Shown here: positions 49,823 to 58,730 of the stretch, piece by piece
How the letters are laid out: every line of letters starts with the position of its first letter
Position numbering within the stretch: position 1 is the stretch's first letter
Assembly: GCF_028368995.1 (NCBI RefSeq)
Contig: NZ_JAQNDL010000003.1
Coordinates: 2,464,001-2,528,000 of the forward strand
From: Nannocystis bainbridge
Lineage (GTDB): Bacteria; Myxococcota_A; Polyangia; Nannocystales; Nannocystaceae
DNA length: 64,000 nt
Direction: 5' to 3'
Notes under the pieces: generated by a model
Seen by the model: the letters and a program-made list of their open reading frames with translations, nothing else
Told to the model about the DNA's origin: nothing
Database searches by the model: none
Program-made: the position numbers and the translations under genes

Positions 49823-50878
49823 ATGACCCATCCGGCCCGCTACTGGCACCGCGAGGGCGAGCGCATCGTCTGCACCGCCTGCCCGCGGCTGTGCACGATG
49901 TCCGAGGGGCAGCACGGCTTCTGCTACGTGCGCAAGCACGAGGACGGCCGCCTGGTGTCGCTCGCCTACGGCAAGCCCAACGCCGTCGCCGTCGACCCGA
50001 TCGAGAAGAAGCCGCTGTGGCACTTCTTGCCCGGCACCACGATCCTCAGCATGGGCACCGCCGGCTGCAACCTCGGCTGCCGCTTCTGCCAGAACTGGGA
50101 CCTGTCGAAGGCCAAGTCGCACCACAAGCGCGCGCTCGAGCTGAGCCCCGAAGACGTGCCCGTGCTGGCCCGCCGCGAGGGCGCCGCCTCGGTCGCCTTC
50201 ACGTACAACGACCCGACGATCTACCCCGAGTACGTCATCGACGCCGCGCGGGCCGCTCGCGCCGCCGGGGTCGCGGCCGTCGGCGTCACCGCCGGCTACA
50301 TCTCCGACGCCGCGCGCGCCGACATGTACCCCGAGCTCGACGCCCTCAACATCGACCTCAAGGGCTTCAGCGAGCGCTTCTATCACAAGCTGACCTTCTC
50401 GCACCTGCAACCCGTGCTCGAGACCATCGAGTGGTCGGTCAAGCGCGGCCTGTGGGTCGAGCTGACCACGCTCGTGATCCCCGGCCACAACGACGACCCC
50501 GAGGAGCTGCGGGCCCAGTTCCGCTGGATCGCCGACCACGTCGGGCCCGACGTCCCGCTCCACCTCACCGCCTTTCACCCCGACTACAAGCTGCAGGACA
50601 TCCCGGCGACGCCGCCCGAGACCCTGATCCGCGCCCGCGACGAGGCCCGCGCGTTCGGCCTGCGCTTCGTCTACACGGGCAATATCTGGGACCGCGTCGG
50701 CTCCGTCACCGCGTGCCCGGGTTGCGACCTGCCGCTGATCGAGCGTCGCTGGCATGCCGTCACCGCCAACCGCGTCAAGGCCGACGGCACCTGCCCCGGC
50801 TGCGGCGCCAAAGTCCCCGGCGTGTTCGACGATCGCAGCCAGTCGACCTCCGGCGGCCGCCGCTATCATTTGCTCTGA
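49823..50878 (+). CDS. amrS: AmmeMemoRadiSam system radical SAM enzyme
   Basis: CTACPRLC, DPIEKKPLWHFLPG, GCNLGCRFCQNW, AFHPDYK, VYTGN. Confidence 0.92.
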   Translation: MTHPARYWHREGERIVCTACPRLCTMSEGQHGFCYVRKHEDGRLVSLAYGKPNAVAVDPIEKKPLWHFLPGTTILSMGTAGCNLGCRFCQNWDLSKAKSHHKRALELSPEDVPVLARREGAASVAFTYNDPTIYPEYVIDAARAARAAGVAAVGVTAGYISDAARADMYPELDALNIDLKGFSERFYHKLTFSHLQPVLETIEWSVKRGLWVELTTLVIPGHNDDPEELRAQFRWIADHVGPDVPLHLTAFHPDYKLQDIPATPPETLIRARDEARAFGLRFVYTGNIWDRVGSVTACPGCDLPLIERRWHAVTANRVKADGTCPGCGAKVPGVFDDRSQSTSGGRRYHLL

Positions 50879-50888
50879 ACTCCAAGCC

Positions 50889-51725
50889 ATGCCCCACCTC
50901 GAGCCGCACCGCCTGCCCGCCGTCGCCGACCGCTTCTACCCCGGAGACCCGCGCGCGCTTCACCGCGAGCTCGAGCGCTGCCTCGTCGCCGCCGTCGCGC
51001 CGGCGCCCGCGCGCATGATCCTCGCCCCGCACGCCGGCTACGTCTACAGCGGCGCCCTGGCCGGAAGGACATGGTCGCAAGTACATGTCCCGGAGCGCGT
51101 GATTGTGCTGTGCCCCAACCACACCGGCCGCGGCGTCCGGCGATCGATCTGGCCCGGCGGCGCCTGGGACACCCCGGACGGCCCGGTGCCGATCGCCGCC
51201 GACCTCACCGACGCCCTGGTGCGCCACGCCGGCCTCCAGCCCGACACCGCGGCGCACTTGCGCGAACACGCGATCGAGGTCCAGCTGCCGTTCCTGCGCG
51301 CCCGCAACCCCCGGGCCGAGATCGCCGCGGTGTGTCTCGGCGGCCTCGACCTCGTCGAGTGCCAGGCCGTCGGCCTCGGCGTCGCCGCGGCGATCCGCGA
51401 GCTCGAGCAGCGCGCCCCCGACTCGGCGCCGCAGGTGCTGCTGGCCGCCAGCAGCGACATGTCGCACTACACGAGCGCCGACGAGGCCGCCGCGCTCGAC
51501 CGCCTCGCGCTCGACCGCCTGCTCGCGCTCGACCCCGCGGGCCTCTACGAGACGGTCCAGCGCCACGAGATCAGCATGTGCGGGATCTTGCCGGCCACCG
51601 TGGCCCTGGTGGCGGCGCTCGAGCTCGGCGCGACCCGGGCCGAGCTGGTCGGCTACACGCACTCCGGAAAAGTCACCGGCGACACCGAGCGCGTGGTCGC
51701 CTACGCCGGCGCCGTCGTGCAATGA
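50889..51725 (+). CDS. amrB: AmmeMemoRadiSam system protein B (MEMO1 family)
   Basis: PAVADRFYP, APHAGYVYSG, PNHTG, EHAIEVQLPFL, ASSDMSHY, SMCG. Confidence 0.92.
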   Translation: MPHLEPHRLPAVADRFYPGDPRALHRELERCLVAAVAPAPARMILAPHAGYVYSGALAGRTWSQVHVPERVIVLCPNHTGRGVRRSIWPGGAWDTPDGPVPIAADLTDALVRHAGLQPDTAAHLREHAIEVQLPFLRARNPRAEIAAVCLGGLDLVECQAVGLGVAAAIRELEQRAPDSAPQVLLAASSDMSHYTSADEAAALDRLALDRLLALDPAGLYETVQRHEISMCGILPATVALVAALELGATRAELVGYTHSGKVTGDTERVVAYAGAVVQ

Positions 51726-51847
51726 CGGGGCCGCGTTTTTTCTCGAGACACCTGAGCGCCTGATTCTCGGCGCTCGGTGATTGTCGCCTCGAGTGATTCT
51801 TCGAAGTACTCGCCCACGTTCGTCTCGAAGGGCGCGCTCTGCTCGAG

Positions 51848-52010
51848 CTCTCGAAGTATGCGAGGGTCTCCTCGCTCTGGGGAGCTCGATGTCTCGAAGT
51901 GCGAGGGTCTCCTCGCCCTGGAGAGCTCGAGGTTTCGAAATGCGCGGGTCAGCTCGCCCTGCGAAGCCCGAGGTCTCGAAGTGCGAGGGTCAGCTCGCCC
52001 TGGAGAGCTA
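51848..52010. repeat. Four tandem ~41-bp repeats with an internal hairpin
   Basis: Unit GTCTCGAAGTGCGAGGGTCTCCTCGCCCTGGAGAGCTCGAG at about 51848, 51891, 51932 and 51973. Confidence 0.85.
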
Positions 52011-52165
52011 ACCACTTCGGAGGTTGCACAGCGCACCTCGCCGTCCTGGAGTGACGGCGCCGTCGCGCGTGCGTGGAACAGAACGCCCCGGCAACGGCTT
52101 GCACGCGCGTGGGCGCACGAGCGTCGCGAAATAACCGCCTGCACGCGATTCGTTGAGGCGCTGTC

Positions 52166-53374
52166 ATGGCACGCACCCGCGATCTCGTCGCATTGTCCGC
52201 CATCCTCATCGCCCCGCTCGCTGCGATCCTCGTCTCGCAGGCGCTGCCCTCGCTCGCGGTCGACGGGACCGAGCCTGCGCCTACGCGGCCGCAACCGCTC
52301 GCTGCGCCGATCGTGACCGCCCCGCCTGCGGTCGCCCCGATCGCCAGCGAGCCCGCCTGCCCCGCGCCCCAGGCTGCGCCCGGCGAGCCGCTCAGCCAGC
52401 CCAGCTTGCCCGCGGCCGCCGGCCTGTTCGGCGACGCCTTGCTCGTGCGCAAGGAGTCGCTCGTGCTGCACACCGCCGCCGAGCGCCGCTGGGCCAGCGG
52501 TCGCCCCGTCATCACGGCCGAGCCCGGCCACTTGCTCGCCACCCGAGCTGTCCATTGGGATAGCCTGCCGGAGGACCTGCGCAGCCTCGAGGACGCCACC
52601 ATGGTCGTGCACGCCGCTGACGGCAGCACCTGCGTCGCCGCGGTCGGCGAGCCCAAACTCCACCTCGAGCAGATCGGCGACGTCTTCCATCACATCGGCG
52701 ACGACGGCCAGGAGAGCTTCGATCCGCCCGCCGACAAACGTGTCCTTCGGGACATGGTCAAGCAGCTGTTCGCCGAGACCGACGACCTGTTGCTGCTGGC
52801 GCGCCAGCGCGGCGCCTCCGGCCTGTCTTGCGACGGCCTGTGGGCCCGGCGGGCCGACCTCCCGCCCGCCACCGTGTTCGGGCGCCGCAGCCTCGACGAC
52901 GCCGACGCCGCCGCGCTCACGGCCGAGGCTGCGCCGGTCGTGCGGGCTCAGCCCGAGTTCGCCGCCCTCGCCGGTGAGTACGCCGAGTACCTCGCGCCGA
53001 TGGACACCGAGCGCCGCGCCGACCTCCCCGCCTGGGACGCCTTTGTCGCCGCCAACCTCAGGACCGAAGCCTGGCGCGAGATCGGCGGCTCGCGCCAGAT
53101 CGTCAGCGTCCAGCTCCAGTTGCTCGATCGCATGGCCTGCAGCGACGAGTTCGGCGGCACCCTCGCCCTGCTGCTCGAGCGCCGCGACGGCGAGCTCGTC
53201 CGCATGGTCCAGCCTGGCTGGCTCGGCCTCTCCGCGCTCATGGACCTCGAGGGCGACGGCGTGCTCGAGGCCGTCACCGACGACGGCTTCGAGACCGTCC
53301 TCCACACCCACGCCAGCGACGGCGCCGACCTCCGCGACGCCTACTCGGTGCCCTACGTCGGCTGCCCGTGCTGA
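52166..53374 (+). CDS. Exported hypothetical protein
   Basis: N-terminal TM/signal, Pro-rich linker, typical codon bias, C-terminal VPYVGCPC. Confidence 0.7.
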   Translation: MARTRDLVALSAILIAPLAAILVSQALPSLAVDGTEPAPTRPQPLAAPIVTAPPAVAPIASEPACPAPQAAPGEPLSQPSLPAAAGLFGDALLVRKESLVLHTAAERRWASGRPVITAEPGHLLATRAVHWDSLPEDLRSLEDATMVVHAADGSTCVAAVGEPKLHLEQIGDVFHHIGDDGQESFDPPADKRVLRDMVKQLFAETDDLLLLARQRGASGLSCDGLWARRADLPPATVFGRRSLDDADAAALTAEAAPVVRAQPEFAALAGEYAEYLAPMDTERRADLPAWDAFVAANLRTEAWREIGGSRQIVSVQLQLLDRMACSDEFGGTLALLLERRDGELVRMVQPGWLGLSALMDLEGDGVLEAVTDDGFETVLHTHASDGADLRDAYSVPYVGCPC

Positions 53375-53375
53375 A

Positions 53376-53744
53376 CTACGGCGAATCGAGCCGCAGCAGC
53401 GACCGCACCGCGCGAGCGTGATTGCGGGCGACCAGCAGCTCTTGCGCGCCGATCTGCAGGCGCAAGTGATAGTGGGACTTCACCCGCAGCAGCTTCAACC
53501 CGTCGTAGCGCTGGGCCGCGCGACGGACATGGACCTCACGGGAGTGCCTCAACAGCTGGAGCAGGCGCTCGTGGTTGCTGTCGCTCGCGCCGGTATCGAA
53601 GCCCATGGCCTTGCCGGTGAAGTGATACGTCGCGTAGTAGAGCGCCGCGATCGCCAGTCGCCGGCTCGCCTCGGTCGCCTCGGCCGACTGCGCGCGCTCG
53701 CAGTGGCCCAGCGCCTCGGCCCACAGCTCCTCGGGCGTGATCAT
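53376..53744 (-). CDS. HEPN-like domain protein, 122 aa
   Basis: AIAALYYATYH...SNHERL...LKLLRVKSHY matches the SRAYYAxFH...H...LRxxADY pattern; ATGA overlap with the upstream gene. Confidence 0.7.
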   Translation of the reverse strand: MITPEELWAEALGHCERAQSAEATEASRRLAIAALYYATYHFTGKAMGFDTGASDSNHERLLQLLRHSREVHVRRAAQRYDGLKLLRVKSHYHLRLQIGAQELLVARNHARAVRSLLRLDSP

Positions 53745-54481
53745 GCGCGCAGCTCCGCGAGCGGGATCTCCGGCCCGTAGACCGTGAAGACCACCCGTCC
53801 GATGAGGTGCGACGACCCGCCCGGCACAGCATCGACGGCGTCCAGCAGCGCCTCCTGCAGCCGATCGATCTCCGCGTACGAAGTCGCGTCCGTCCAGTAG
53901 TACAGCGCCAGGCGGTCGTGAATCCCGTCGAGCGCCACGATCGAGGCCCTGAACGACGCTACCCGCGGCCCGATCGTCGCCTCGATCGCCGACTGTCGCG
54001 CCTGCCAGCCTTCGACGAGCTCGTGCGTGCTCAGGAAGCCCAGCATCGGATGATCCGGGCAGCGCGCCGCGAACCAAACCAGCTCCCCGTGGCGCACCGC
54101 CATCTGCGCCGCGATCTCGACGCGGGCCTCGTCGAGCTCGGCCAGCGGGCGGTCGTCGAGGCTCGCCAGGACCCGCCTGGCCTCGGCCACCAGACCGGCG
54201 TCACCGAGGCCGGCGGCCAGGTTCAGCGAGATCTCCGGCGGCACTGCCGGCAGCGTCCGCCACAGCTCGAACCCGCGTGCGGCCTCCGCCCGGGCCTCGC
54301 GGGCCTTGCCGGCGAGGACCAGCGCGTTGTCGTAGGTCGTCGACGCGATCAGGCTGCGTGGCTCGCCTGCGGCCTCCCGGGCCAGCTCGTGCAGCACCTC
54401 GGCCAGGAGCGCCCCGTGGTGGGCCTCGAAGCTCTGCAGGCGTTTGCTCAGCGCGACCGACTTGAGCGCAGGGAGGGCCAT
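53741..54481 (-). CDS. Hypothetical helical-repeat protein coupled to the HEPN gene
   Basis: MALPALKS...; TPR-like helices plus a small alpha/beta C-terminal domain; alternative start at 54508. Confidence 0.7.
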   Translation of the reverse strand: MALPALKSVALSKRLQSFEAHHGALLAEVLHELAREAAGEPRSLIASTTYDNALVLAGKAREARAEAARGFELWRTLPAVPPEISLNLAAGLGDAGLVAEARRVLASLDDRPLAELDEARVEIAAQMAVRHGELVWFAARCPDHPMLGFLSTHELVEGWQARQSAIEATIGPRVASFRASIVALDGIHDRLALYYWTDATSYAEIDRLQEALLDAVDAVPGGSSHLIGRVVFTVYGPEIPLAELRA

Positions 54482-54603
54482 GTTCGCCGCAACGTAGCTC
54501 GAGCGCATGGGGTCGTCCAGGCGAGCACCGGGCGCCCCGGGCGACGCCTTCGTACGCGCGCGCACCAAGGCGCGTTGGGCATCGCCTGTTTATTGCCTCG
54601 TGC

Positions 54604-54897
54604 TCACCGCAGCACGATGAAGCTGAGCGGCATCTCCGAGTCGACGGCTTCCCAGTCCACGTCGATCGCTGCCACCCGGGCCGAGGGCGGGCCTTTGCGG
54701 CACCACTCGATCAGCGCTTCCACCCTGGCGCGGGTGCCCTGGGCGCGCAGCTCGACGCAGCCGTTGGGCAGGTTGCGGACCCACCCGCGCAGGCCGAGCG
54801 CCTGGGCCCGGGCTTGCGCGCTGGCGCGGTAGTACACGCCCTGGACGCGCCCGTCGATGCACACGAGCGCCTGGACCACTTCGAGCTCCTGTCCCAT
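54604..54897 (-). CDS. acyP: Acylphosphatase
   Basis: GRVQGVYYR, GWVRNLPNG, GPPSARV. Confidence 0.93.
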   Translation of the reverse strand: MGQELEVVQALVCIDGRVQGVYYRASAQARAQALGLRGWVRNLPNGCVELRAQGTRARVEALIEWCRKGPPSARVAAIDVDWEAVDSEMPLSFIVLR

Positions 54898-54959
54898 CGG
54901 CCCTGTCCTCGGTAACCTGTGCGATCGGCCATATCCCGGGGAACATGTCCCCGGGACCA
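54890..54959. repeat. Five degenerate units of the 14-bp dyad upstream of and overlapping the acyP start
   Basis: TGTCCCATCGGCCC TGTCCTCGGTAACC TGTGCGATCGGCCA TATCCCGGGGAACA TGTCCCCGGGACCA. Confidence 0.65.
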
Positions 54960-54967
54960 GCCGAATC

Positions 54968-55798
54968 CTAGTCTTCCAGCGCCCCGCCGGCGATCCACGC
55001 CTCGATGAGCGCCAGCTTCGCGTCGTCCATCAGGCCCATCGGCGGCGGCATCAGCGTGCCCGCCCCGCCCTCGTCCTCGAAGCCGCCTGCCAGCTTGAGG
55101 TACAGGTAGCTCGCGGCCGGGTCGCTCGGCTCGACCAGGTCGAGGGCGACCGACGGCGACTTGACGTCGACCAGCGCCGCGTACGAGTCGCCCATCGGCA
55201 GGCTGAGGTTGCCGTTGGCCGCGCTCGCCGCGGAGAAGTGGCACGAGCAGCTGGCGTCGATGATCGCCTGCACGTTGGCGAACGTCGGCTCGGCTGGTTC
55301 GCCGGTGGTGTCGGTCCCGCCGGTGTCGGTGTCGGTGTCTACGCCGCCGGTGGTCGCCGGCCCGCCGCCCTCGAACTCCGCGCCCGCGATCCACGAGAGG
55401 ATCACCTGGTTGTTGGGGTTCAGGAAGTCGTTGTCGGCCGGCATGCGCGGCACGGTGCGCGTGAGGCCGAGGCTCGACAGCAGCACGTCGGGCAGCATCA
55501 CGATCGCCAGGTACGAGTTCACGGTGTCGCCGAGGGTCACCAGCGGCACCCCGTTGATCTCGCCGGTGAGGATGCCGTCGATCTCGTCGCCGGCCAGGAT
55601 CGGCAGCGTCGCCCCGGGCGAGTGACAGCCGGACTTGCCGCAGCTGGCCTCGAGCGCCTCACGCACGGCCGGCGGCACGCCGCCGCCGCCGCTGCCGCCG
55701 CTGCCGCCGGTCTCGATCGCCTCGAGCTGGTTGCAGCCCGCGAGCAACGTCGTCGTCGCCAGGGCGAGGGACACGGACTTGAATGTCTTCCGGGACAT
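54968..55798 (-). CDS. Lipoprotein with two cytochrome c-like domains carrying non-canonical heme motifs
   Basis: LLAGC lipobox; CGKSGCH...SYL...RMP...WI; CSCH...VEPSDPAASYLYLKL...LMPP...WIAGGA. Confidence 0.75.
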   Translation of the reverse strand: MSRKTFKSVSLALATTTLLAGCNQLEAIETGGSGGSGGGGVPPAVREALEASCGKSGCHSPGATLPILAGDEIDGILTGEINGVPLVTLGDTVNSYLAIVMLPDVLLSSLGLTRTVPRMPADNDFLNPNNQVILSWIAGAEFEGGGPATTGGVDTDTDTGGTDTTGEPAEPTFANVQAIIDASCSCHFSAASAANGNLSLPMGDSYAALVDVKSPSVALDLVEPSDPAASYLYLKLAGGFEDEGGAGTLMPPPMGLMDDAKLALIEAWIAGGALED

Positions 55799-55802
55799 GT
55801 CG

Positions 55803-57470
55803 TTACAGGCTCCACTTGCGGCTGAGGTTGAAGCCGAAGAAGAAGTTGCCGCGGTCGGTGAACGGGTTCTTGCTCTGACCGCCGGGGGCGTAGAGGTTGG
55901 TGTGGATCTCGCGGGTGTTGGTGATGAAGATCTGGAACAGGTGCTTGCCGGTGTTGACCGAGCCGCCGATCGCCCACGAGCCGATGTTGCTGCCGTTCCG
56001 GTCGGCGTTGCCGCCGCGGAAGAAGAACACGTCGGCGGGGATCGGCAGGTGGTACTCGAGGTCGATGCCCCAGCGCTTCTTTTGACCGAGCCACACCGTC
56101 GAGGCGATGCCGATGCCGAGCGTGCCGCGCTTGTCGCGGACCTTGACCGGGCCGTTCACGGCGTCGTCCGGCAGGTCGACCTGCACGTTGGCCGAGTGGT
56201 TGGTGCGCAGGTGGTAGCCGAACGTCAGCTGCGTGCTCCAGCGGTCGAACCACAAGCGGCTGAGCAGCAGCTGGAAGTTGCCGGCCCACGGGTTGGCGGT
56301 GTTGCTGGGGAAGTCGCGCAGGTACTCGACCGACGCGTAGCCGCCGAAGCTGAGCTTCTTGCCGTCCTCCTGGCGGATCGGGATGTACTTGGTGCCGAGC
56401 TCGTAGCCCTTGCGCGAGTTGGTGCGCCGGATCAGCACGTCCCAGCCGTTCAAGATGCCGTAGGCGAAGCCGTACGAGATGTTGGCGCCGGCGTCGAGGC
56501 CGAACGCGCCCCGCTCCGCGCCGACCTGACCGAAGCGGTGGTCGATGCGGAACTCGAAGGTCCGGCGCCCGAGCGTCGTCGTGGTCGGCAGGTTGATCTG
56601 GAACGTGCCGTGGAACGGCGGCTTGCCGCGCTCCTTCTCTTGCTTGGGCTCGCCGCCGTCGACGTCGCCCGGGGCCTCGGTCGGCCCGGCGGCGCTGTCC
56701 GTCGGCGTCGAGGTCTCGACGACCGCGCCCGCGCTCTGCGAGTCGCCGAGCGCGACGATCCACGAGCGCACGAGTTCCATCTCCTTGGCGCTCAGCGGGT
56801 CGTCGCCCATCGGCATGACGTCGCCCTTGATCCCCTTGTGGCCGGGGATCAGCTTGACGACGAGGTAGCTGTTGTCCGGATCGCCGGGCACGACGAAGCG
56901 CTTGCCCGCGTCCTTCGACTTGTCGCGCGACAGGTGCCCCAGGTCGCCGACGAGCACGACCTCGCTGCCGCCGGACTCGTGGCAGGCGCTGCACTTGTCG
57001 TCGAACAGCTTGCGGACCTTGACCTCGAGGTCGGCCGCCTTCTTGTTGCCGGCCCCGCCGCCGCTGCTGGCCGAAGGGACAGGTGCCGGAGAAGCCGCCG
57101 GCGCGGGCGCGGAGGCCGGCTTCATGCCGGCGATCCAGTCCTTGATCGCCTTCTTCTGCGCCGCGGGCATGGCGTCGCCGGGCGGCATCGCATCGCCGGT
57201 GATGCCCTTGGCGCCGACGATCTTGGCGTAGAGATAACTGGCGTCGGGATCGCCGGCGACGACCAGCGGCTTGCCGGTCGCCTTCGACTTCACCGAGGTC
57301 AGCCGCGCGGGAGAACCCGCGAGCGACACCTCGTCGGCGCCATCATCGTGACAGGCGGTGCAGCTGTCGTCGAAGATCGCCTTGACCTTCGCCTCGAGGT
57401 CAGGGGCCGGCGCGAGGGCCGAAACGACAGCCATAACGAGTGGTGCTGCAGGCGCGAGCATGTGCGTCAA
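55803..57470 (-). CDS. Two c-type cytochrome domains (planctomycete cytochrome C-like) fused to a DUF5777-like outer-membrane beta-barrel
   Basis: CTACH and CSACH, each followed by GDPDxSYL...MP...WI; C-terminal FHGTFQINLPTT...FRIDHRFG...FGLDAGA...TGKHLFQIFITN...FFFGFNLSR; start TTG 57470 or ATG 57461. Confidence 0.8.
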   Translation of the reverse strand: MTHMLAPAAPLVMAVVSALAPAPDLEAKVKAIFDDSCTACHDDGADEVSLAGSPARLTSVKSKATGKPLVVAGDPDASYLYAKIVGAKGITGDAMPPGDAMPAAQKKAIKDWIAGMKPASAPAPAASPAPVPSASSGGGAGNKKAADLEVKVRKLFDDKCSACHESGGSEVVLVGDLGHLSRDKSKDAGKRFVVPGDPDNSYLVVKLIPGHKGIKGDVMPMGDDPLSAKEMELVRSWIVALGDSQSAGAVVETSTPTDSAAGPTEAPGDVDGGEPKQEKERGKPPFHGTFQINLPTTTTLGRRTFEFRIDHRFGQVGAERGAFGLDAGANISYGFAYGILNGWDVLIRRTNSRKGYELGTKYIPIRQEDGKKLSFGGYASVEYLRDFPSNTANPWAGNFQLLLSRLWFDRWSTQLTFGYHLRTNHSANVQVDLPDDAVNGPVKVRDKRGTLGIGIASTVWLGQKKRWGIDLEYHLPIPADVFFFRGGNADRNGSNIGSWAIGGSVNTGKHLFQIFITNTREIHTNLYAPGGQSKNPFTDRGNFFFGFNLSRKWSL

Positions 57471-57523
57471 CCGTGAGTGTTACCACAATGCGCGGCGCCA
57501 AACTCTCCGATAAAATCCGCGCC

Positions 57524-58210
57524 ATGCGCCCATCTTTCACCCGGATCGTCCTCGCGTCGCTGACGCTCCTCGCGTGCAACACGAACCCGGAGTCCGCGAC
57601 GAAGGACGCGCCCGTCGTCGCCGGCAAGACCGACGTCCCGGAGATCAAGGGCCAGCCCCCGGTCGACAACAAGGGCGCCCCGCCGCCCCCGTCGACCGAG
57701 ACCAAGACGGCTGGCGACCCCGCGACACCTCCGCCGGGCGACGCCAAGGCCGACGACACCAAGACCGGGACCACCGGCGAGGCCGCCCCCCCGCCGCCCG
57801 CGGCCGATCCCGCCGCCGCCGCCGAGGCCAACAAGAAGCTGCTCGACGAGGCAAAGGCGAAGAAGACTTCCGATGCTCGCGCCAAGAAGGCGCTCGAGGA
57901 GGCCGAGAAGGGCGGCGCCACCGTGCGCGAGCTGGCCGAGTCCGCCAACGCCCGCGGCGAGGCGCTGTTCGACGACCCCGAGCGCGCGGCCGCGTTCTTC
58001 ACGTGGGCCAGGGACAAGGACGCCACCTACCCCAACCCGGTGTTCAACCTCGCCAAGCAGAGCGCCAACGCCGGCGAGGTGCCGCAGACGGTCGAACTGC
58101 TGAAGGAAGTCTCCAAGCGCGGCGGCAAGACGCTGCTCAAGCAGGTCGGCTTCGACCCGACGTTCGAGATCGTCAAGGACGACGCCGAGGTGCAGAAGCT
58201 GATCAAATGA
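57524..58210 (+). CDS. Lipoprotein with C-terminal TPR-like domain
   Basis: LLAC lipobox, Pro/Thr linker, FNLAK...DPTFEIVKDDAEVQKLI. Confidence 0.75.
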   Translation: MRPSFTRIVLASLTLLACNTNPESATKDAPVVAGKTDVPEIKGQPPVDNKGAPPPPSTETKTAGDPATPPPGDAKADDTKTGTTGEAAPPPPAADPAAAAEANKKLLDEAKAKKTSDARAKKALEEAEKGGATVRELAESANARGEALFDDPERAAAFFTWARDKDATYPNPVFNLAKQSANAGEVPQTVELLKEVSKRGGKTLLKQVGFDPTFEIVKDDAEVQKLIK

Positions 58211-58719
58211 GCGCGCGTCCCGTCGGCGTGCTGTTCGTCTGCTACGCCAACATCGTCCGTTCGCCGCTGGGCGCCGCCGTGTTCGCGCGGCTCGCGGACG
58301 AGCGCGGCCTGACGGCGCGCTTCCGCATCGACAGCGCAGGCGTGGCGGCCGACGCCGGCAACCCGGCCCACCCCGGCAGCGTCCGCGTCGCCGCCGACCA
58401 CGGCCTCGCGCTGGTCCACCAGAGCCGGCTGCTGCGCCGCGACGACCTGTTCGAGTTCGACGAGGTGCTCCTGCTCGACCGCCTTGTCGCGTCCGAGCTG
58501 CGCCGCCTCACCGCCGGCTCCGCCTTCGGCCCGATCGCCGGCGCCGGCCAGCAGGCGCGCATCCGGTTGCTCGCGTCGCTCGCCGACCCCAGCGCCCGCG
58601 GCGCCGACCTCGACGTGCCCGACCCGGTGCGCGGCGGCCCCGAAGGCTTTCTGGCGGCCTACCGGCAGATCGCTCGCGCCTGCGCGGCCCTGGTCGACGA
58701 GCTCGCCGGCAAGACCTGA
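58207..58719 (+). CDS. Low-molecular-weight protein-tyrosine phosphatase family
   Basis: VLFVCYANIVRSP (CX5R), IDSAG, DVPDP; ATGA overlap. Confidence 0.88.
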   Translation: MSARPVGVLFVCYANIVRSPLGAAVFARLADERGLTARFRIDSAGVAADAGNPAHPGSVRVAADHGLALVHQSRLLRRDDLFEFDEVLLLDRLVASELRRLTAGSAFGPIAGAGQQARIRLLASLADPSARGADLDVPDPVRGGPEGFLAAYRQIARACAALVDELAGKT

Positions 58720-58730
58720 CGACACCGACC

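Noticed and set aside
51848-52010. 41-bp repeats as a CRISPR array
   Set aside because: The whole unit repeats head to tail with no unique spacers.
14892-54481. rtcB and the HEPN gene as one RNA damage-and-repair system
   Set aside because: They are about 37 kb apart with unrelated genes between them; there is no evidence of linkage.
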